DNA from: a virus
Lineage: Duplodnaviria > Caudoviricetes
Virus record (IMG/VR): IMGVR_UViG_3300026166_000003
Span: 1 to 42,925 of that record
Strand: one strand, 5' to 3'
Length of the DNA: 42,925 bases
In this document: piece after piece, positions 37,551 to 42,925 of the stretch
Numbering within the stretch: position 1 is the first letter of the stretch
How the letters are laid out: every line of letters starts with the position of its first letter
The notes under the pieces: model-generated
The model's input: only the letters and a program-made list of their open reading frames with translations
What the model was told of the DNA's origin: nothing
The model's database searches: none
Translations under genes and position numbers: made by a program

Positions 37551-40500
37551 TTATGTTGGGTGATACGGAACTAACTCGTGTCCAGAAGCAATATTGTTAG
37601 GACCAGAGGTGAGCGTACACCCTTCAAATGTTGTAGCAGTTTTGCTGGTGTACTGTATAACTGTACCACCAGACGTAAATATGTAGCCAGTATCTGGCCA
37701 ATAAGTTGTATCTTGTACTACGATATTACCACCTATTGTACCTGCGGAACTAGTGATGGCCACAGGGTTTTGGGTAGATGGTCTACCTAGATTGAAGTAG
37801 TCTCCACTGAGAGTATAATTAGAATGAGTTCTATCGGTGAAATCTTTAATTGCCATCGAAGCAAAGATTCTATCAAGTTCTCCAATGGTCATTCCAGAAA
37901 CATTGGACGCGCCAACGTCATGTCCTGTCTGATCCCACATACCAATAGTAGACCCAATATTACCAATAATATAATCTCCGCGATACTCTACCTCTCTACC
38001 AAATACCTCGTTTACAATTGTAATTATAGTTCCATCTCTCTTAGTAACAGTATATGGTTCAGGAATATCAACGAAATTACCATTTCTCTGTTCAATAGGA
38101 TCTGGTAAGAATGCAGTTTCCTGATACCTATCAACAATACCAGTCTCAGGTGGCATTACAACAATTTCTCTGGAAGTATCATGAGGACTCTGCTTATCTA
38201 CTTCAATCTGATGTTGATATATGGATTCTCTAGAAGAACCAGCAGCGGCACTTATTATTGAACAATCAGATACTTCAGACTCGATCTTAACGATACCAGC
38301 AGGTATGACAGAAATTATCTCTGGAACTTGACGTAAATATGTGCCAGCAGCATGGAACTTATCTGTAGTTCCATATAGAGCACGATCAACATTTAAGAAA
38401 CGATCAGATAGCTTCCTCCAATAACGAACACGTTCATCACCTATCAACAGATGACCATTAGATGCAAAACTACTGGTGTCTGGGATGTAGATAATACTAT
38501 CACCGATATTAGTATCAACGTTAGTATATGCAGCATCCTCAAAGTAATTGATATTACCTAATGCTGTATTATGAATCTCATGAACTAAAGTAGAAACGAT
38601 ACTCTTTCCAACTGTAGTAATTGAAGCAAGAGGTATGATATCCTGAAGTTCTGCACTTACAACAGTTGCTTCCCACTGATTTCTCAGTGCTCCACCTTCA
38701 CCTTCGATCAGTACAGGTGCTGGTTCAACAAAAACAAGTTTTACAGTAGCAGGTTGTATAGGTCCAGATGGCATATCAAATCCAGACTGTCCTTCTGCAA
38801 TATTATCAGTATCAATCTGAAGCTCTGCTGTTATCTTCCTAGTAACATCAAGAGGACTATTGAATAAAGTACTTGAGAATGAATCGATACCTTGAACCTG
38901 AGTACCAAGAATAGTAATCCTAGATGCAGAAGTAGCACCCTGTCCAATCTGAACTTGAGGAACCATCTCAACATTAATAAGAGATACACCAATATCTCTT
39001 TCAGTTAAGATATCAAATCTTCTAGCAACTACAATGATAGGTGCTTTGGTATATCCAGAACCACCATCAAGTAGATCAACACTTATTACTTGACCTTTAC
39101 TTACAACAACTTCTGCTTTTGCACCACCACCAGTACCATCTTCAGGAATAAATTCCAAGACAGGAGGTGTAAAGTATTGATATGCAGTAGGTTGAGTTAA
39201 TGGATCATAACTACGACGGTTCCATGTTAAAGCAGTAACTTTACCACTACTAACAGTTGCAACAACACTAAGACCCTCACCTCTAGTGATACCAGCATAA
39301 CCTTCTACTGATACAGTACTATAAACATCATCTGTTAATTGTTCTCCACCTCTACCATCTTTACTTGTAGTACTTTCAGGTACTTTCTTAATTCTTCTAA
39401 ATTTGTCTTCACCTTCTACTCTTACAAGATCTCCATTAGACAGAGAAGCAAATGGATTTCTATATGTTTTACCTAATGTTGTACCATACCAAACAGCATT
39501 ATCACTATTCAATATCTTCCTACCAGTAGAATCCTCTGTGAATGTTAATGTAGTATTGGTAAATTCAGAATCTGCAAATGTAAATGTCTTAGTGTAATCT
39601 GTCTTAGTAGCAAAGATCAGATCCAATCCTGCTTCAACAGCAGCATTTTGTGATTTAATACTAAAGGATAAAGTAGATGCAGTCTTATAAGCACTACTTA
39701 CTTCACCAATAACATTATATGTACCGTTAGATCTTACTTGCCAACAATGTATTCCAGTACCTACCTTCTCACCCATCCAAGAATAAGTAAGGAAGCTATC
39801 AACCTGTGCAGAACTTGTATCTAGTACAAATGTACCATAGGCAAAGTAGGTATCAGGAGAGAAATCGTATATGTTTAGAGTTTGACCAGCATCTCTACCA
39901 TAGAGGTAACGCATGTCAATCTTCATTTCCTTCTTAATAGGAACATTGAAGAAGATATTTGGTCCTGCTATTGTATAACTATATCCCTGTCTCTGTAAGA
40001 CTCCATCTAAGAAGACATACAAATAATCTTGAAGTTCAACAGTTTGTGAAGTCTTATCTTCTACATCAAGAATTAAGAATGGACCAGATTTTACATCGTC
40101 TACTAAATCGTAGTCGATAGTAAGACGTTTATAATTACCAACACCAATTCCTGTTACTTTCTCAACAGCAGTTGCTTCACCTAAACTCTTAGCACCAAGA
40201 TCTTGATCCCAAATAGGTGCAACGCTAAACTTCAATACATTAGGTACTGTAGTCCTATCAATGAAATATGAATCTTGTGATATAGCAGCACTATATTTTG
40301 GTGTCTGAAGAACTGCATTAATAGTTAAGAATAGATCTTCATCTACATCAGTATCTACAGCACTACCATCTTCCCAATACAATTCAAAATCTGTATTCTC
40401 TCCGTCAACATAATCTGGGTTTCCTCTAGTAACAGCTCTGTCACTAAGAATATCTTGGAAACTATCATATAAAGAATCAACAGCAGAAACTACATCATCA

Positions 40501-42925
40501 CAATCCTTAGCAATTAATAGAGGATCACTGATGATATTATAATTTGTATATGTTGCAGTAGTAGTCCAATTACCAGTCTTCGGTGAATTTATATCTGTTG
40601 CTACTACTAATCCTTCTCCTTCTGTAAGAACTGTTGCAGTAATTGTAGCAAATGTATCAAGTGCAGATGCTACCTCAGCACAGGCAGGTGATAACTTATC
40701 AGCTGTAATACTGGTGTCTGGATTAGGATCTATAGTAGAGTTAACCTTTGCTGCTAATGTATTTCTTATAGCAGAAGTCATATACTCAGATGCCTTTGCA
40801 AACATCTTAGACATATCACTCTTCCACTCATCCAACAGAGTATTAAACCCTTCTGATGGGTTGCCTGTTATTGTAGTAGGTAAATCTTTAAAGTTTAATC
40901 TCTCATATATCTTAACAACCTTCTCATTACCACCTAATTGTAAATGATATATTACAGATTCGACATAATACTGTACATAAGGACGATAAGTTGCTGGATT
41001 AGTTTGATAGTCACTAATGTTGGCAGTAATTGCTTGTGTTGCTTCTTCTACGATATGCTGTTTGTTTCTTTCAATCAAATATGCAGCATCATAGAATGTA
41101 CCGTCATTCCTTCCATTCAAACGGAATATAATCTCAGGAGATCCACCAGGATCTTCTCCTACTGATACAGTATCACCAACAGAGACTGTATATGTGTCGT
41201 TGAGAAGAACCTGTCCAACACCACCAAAAGTCTCATCACCACTAGTAGTTCCAGTTAAATTAGTTGGAGTTGTATTACTAGATGCAGTAGAATTACCTAG
41301 TATAGCTTTACTAACAGTTATTTTAGTAGGACTATCAATAGAAGTGATCTTAGTATCTGCTTGGAACGCTCTACCAGAGGTAAGATACATTCCAACTACT
41401 AAGTTCTCAGTATTTGTAACTGTTACTGATGTAGTATTAGTAGTATATGTTGCATTAGTCTCAACATAATCCCAATTTCTAATAGCAAGTCTTGCTAAGT
41501 TAGTAGCATATTTGAATATCTTAAAGGACTCATCTTTATTATCTTTAATATAAGGAGTGGTAGCAAATATAGTTGAATAATCAATAGTCTTAATATTACC
41601 ACCAAACCTCAAATCATGCTCATAAGAGTCAATGATAAATCCAATATCCTTGATATAGTCATCACTCTTAGTTGCCCAATCTAGTAATGGATAAGTTTCC
41701 TTACCATATCCAACTGCTTCAGATGTAATAAACTCTTTATTTCTTGCAAGTTGATTTGCAGCATCTAACCATCTTCCATTACGCTGGAAGATATTTTTAA
41801 TCTTCTTAAGATACCTTGTATTGTATGCAGCACCTGGAGATTTCCATTCAAATACCTTACCATAGAACTTAACTCCATTATATGCTGACCCTGCTTTAAC
41901 TCCTGGTCCTAATGGTGGTTGGGCAAATACAATATTATCACCAGATACAGTAAATGCTTTACCTGGTTCTTGTAATATACCATCTAATGTTACAATAAGA
42001 GTATTAGCATTAACTGGAGTAAATGCAACACCGTTCTCATCTAGTACTTGGAATGTCTTTGTGCCAATTAACTGACCGTCACTATTGTATGTTCCATCGA
42101 ATGCACCATTAAGAGTAAACTCAAAAGCACGAGTCTCATTGAAATTAAAGTCTGATGTCGCAACAGATCCAATACCCTTACGAACTCTTTGACTCTCTAC
42201 ATTCTGAATCGTCTGAGTAATTATCCTTGTAGTATTCTCAACAGTGATCTTATTCTTTTCAGGATCCCAAAGTTGAACAATACTAAAATGATCTGCCTTT
42301 GGAACTTCAGTTGGCATTGTTGTAGAGGCATCACTCTCAACATCAACCTGTCCAAACAATCTAAATCCAGCTGGATGGGTAGTAGACTTAATTAAGTCTC
42401 TCCATTGCTCAATTGGAGTCTTAGATTTAACAACATATGAATAATCTTGATAGAAAGCACTATCAATTAACCTTTGATTAGATACACCTAGTTTTCCTTT
42501 ATCAGATTTAGAGAAACCTCTATTGTCATAGAAACTAGTAATGTCTTCAGTAAATCCAGTAACAAATACAGATTTGATAACTGCGGAAGATACTGATGAT
42601 AATCCTTCAATCGCAACATTCTCCCTCAAGATCCCAGTCACAGACTGGAGTTTCAGGAGGTTAGATCCTAGTCTCCACTCAGTAACCTTTGCTCTAGCAA
42701 CTTCTGTGTTTCCTATCTTCTGTACTACAGTTTCACCTTTTTGGAAATCTCCACTTATAGTTTTAAGTCCTACTATGTACTGAGAAGTGAAATTAGATGA
42801 AATTGATTTGTCTAAGTGGAAAGCACTACCATTATTAGTAAATGTTACACTTTGAGGTACTCCTACAGTTGTACTTCCAGCATATGCTCTAACATCTCCT
42901 TCTACAATTTCTATTTCTGGTGCAG
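37551..42925 (-). CDS. gp7: baseplate wedge initiator gp7, 3' part (5' end outside the window)
   Basis: I read the frame upstream of 42641 and it stays open to base 42925 (APEIEIVEGDVRAYAGSTTVG...WRLGSNLLKLQSV). It contains IDSAFYQDYSYVVKS...W...IKSTTHPAGFRLFG and LDGILQEP/FLDGVLQ repeats, and lies directly upstream of gp8. Confidence 0.85.
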   Translation of the reverse strand, partial: APEIEIVEGDVRAYAGSTTVGVPQSVTFTNNGSAFHLDKSISSNFTSQYIVGLKTISGDFQKGETVVQKIGNTEVARAKVTEWRLGSNLLKLQSVTGILRENVAIEGLSSVSSAVIKSVFVTGFTEDITSFYDNRGFSKSDKGKLGVSNQRLIDSAFYQDYSYVVKSKTPIEQWRDLIKSTTHPAGFRLFGQVDVESDASTTMPTEVPKADHFSIVQLWDPEKNKITVENTTRIITQTIQNVESQRVRKGIGSVATSDFNFNETRAFEFTLNGAFDGTYNSDGQLIGTKTFQVLDENGVAFTPVNANTLIVTLDGILQEPGKAFTVSGDNIVFAQPPLGPGVKAGSAYNGVKFYGKVFEWKSPGAAYNTRYLKKIKNIFQRNGRWLDAANQLARNKEFITSEAVGYGKETYPLLDWATKSDDYIKDIGFIIDSYEHDLRFGGNIKTIDYSTIFATTPYIKDNKDESFKIFKYATNLARLAIRNWDYVETNATYTTNTTSVTVTNTENLVVGMYLTSGRAFQADTKITSIDSPTKITVSKAILGNSTASSNTTPTNLTGTTSGDETFGGVGQVLLNDTYTVSVGDTVSVGEDPGGSPEIIFRLNGRNDGTFYDAAYLIERNKQHIVEEATQAITANISDYQTNPATYRPYVQYYVESVIYHLQLGGNEKVVKIYERLNFKDLPTTITGNPSEGFNTLLDEWKSDMSKMFAKASEYMTSAIRNTLAAKVNSTIDPNPDTSITADKLSPACAEVASALDTFATITATVLTEGEGLVVATDINSPKTGNWTTTATYTNYNIISDPLLIAKDCDDVVSAVDSLYDSFQDILSDRAVTRGNPDYVDGENTDFELYWEDGSAVDTDVDEDLFLTINAVLQTPKYSAAISQDSYFIDRTTVPNVLKFSVAPIWDQDLGAKSLGEATAVEKVTGIGVGNYKRLTIDYDLVDDVKSGPFLILDVEDKTSQTVELQDYLYVFLDGVLQRQGYSYTIAGPNIFFNVPIKKEMKIDMRYLYGRDAGQTLNIYDFSPDTYFAYGTFVLDTSSAQVDSFLTYSWMGEKVGTGIHCWQVRSNGTYNVIGEVSSAYKTASTLSFSIKSQNAAVEAGLDLIFATKTDYTKTFTFADSEFTNTTLTFTEDSTGRKILNSDNAVWYGTTLGKTYRNPFASLSNGDLVRVEGEDKFRRIKKVPESTTSKDGRGGEQLTDDVYSTVSVEGYAGITRGEGLSVVATVSSGKVTALTWNRRSYDPLTQPTAYQYFTPPVLEFIPEDGTGGGAKAEVVVSKGQVISVDLLDGGSGYTKAPIIVVARRFDILTERDIGVSLINVEMVPQVQIGQGATSASRITILGTQVQGIDSFSSTLFNSPLDVTRKITAELQIDTDNIAEGQSGFDMPSGPIQPATVKLVFVEPAPVLIEGEGGALRNQWEATVVSAELQDIIPLASITTVGKSIVSTLVHEIHNTALGNINYFEDAAYTNVDTNIGDSIIYIPDTSSFASNGHLLIGDERVRYWRKLSDRFLNVDRALYGTTDKFHAAGTYLRQVPEIISVIPAGIVKIESEVSDCSIISAAAGSSRESIYQHQIEVDKQSPHDTSREIVVMPPETGIVDRYQETAFLPDPIEQRNGNFVDIPEPYTVTKRDGTIITIVNEVFGREVEYRGDYIIGNIGSTIGMWDQTGHDVGASNVSGMTIGELDRIFASMAIKDFTDRTHSNYTLSGDYFNLGRPSTQNPVAITSSAGTIGGNIVVQDTTYWPDTGYIFTSGGTVIQYTSKTATTFEGCTLTSGPNNIASGHELVPYHPT

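Noticed and set aside
42639-42641. GTG start of the 1696-aa ORF
   Set aside because: The frame stays open to the window end, so this is an internal Val of a longer gp7.
360-42783. Numerous short plus-strand ORFs and alternative-frame minus-strand ORFs in the ORF track
   Set aside because: All lie within long minus-strand genes. They are antisense or off-frame shadows of biased codon usage, with no recognisable motifs.
9108-42925. Introns, inteins or homing endonucleases in the large genes
   Set aside because: The ORFs are uninterrupted, and no intein splice motifs or LAGLIDADG/HNH/GIY-YIG domains were recognised. GLDADLLDG is a fibre motif.
1-42925. tRNA, rRNA and intrinsic terminators
   Set aside because: Intergenic gaps are all under about 60 nt, and I saw no cloverleaf or GC hairpin followed by a U-tract.

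Overview
The window is a 43-kb segment of a T4-like myovirus genome, most likely a marine cyanomyovirus (Kyanoviridae-type). All credible genes are on the minus strand, in one late-gene block. In transcription order (right to left) it holds: the 3' part of a giant baseplate wedge protein gp7 whose ORF is open beyond the window edge, baseplate wedge gp8, a 2707-aa DUF4815/VrlC-like virion protein, a 68-aa protein, an 1818-aa and a 166-aa virion protein, and a 4063-aa fibre-like protein. These are followed by a Gly-rich mini-fibre with a chaperone-like gene, a propeller-like protein, three hypotheticals, a U32-like Fe-S protein fused to a SAM methyltransferase, and six tightly overlapping 2OG-Fe(II) oxygenase-like genes. 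T4-type late promoter motifs (TATAAATA/CATAAATA/CTAAATA) precede most gene groups, including the enzyme cluster. Four observations stand out. (1) The 4063-aa protein contains nine copies of a beta-domain inserted recursively inside one another; the pattern parses as a balanced, branched tree, and similar nesting occurs in the 1818-aa protein and gp7. (2) Helical modules in the fibre and gp7 align by eye with phycobiliprotein subunits, including the chromophore-binding KCxRD motif. (3) The 1818-aa protein has a type-1-copper-like H...CxxHxxM motif. (4) A putative late-expressed U32/methyltransferase/oxygenase 'tailoring' cassette sits directly behind the fibre genes. All assignments come from reading motifs by eye; no database search was run.
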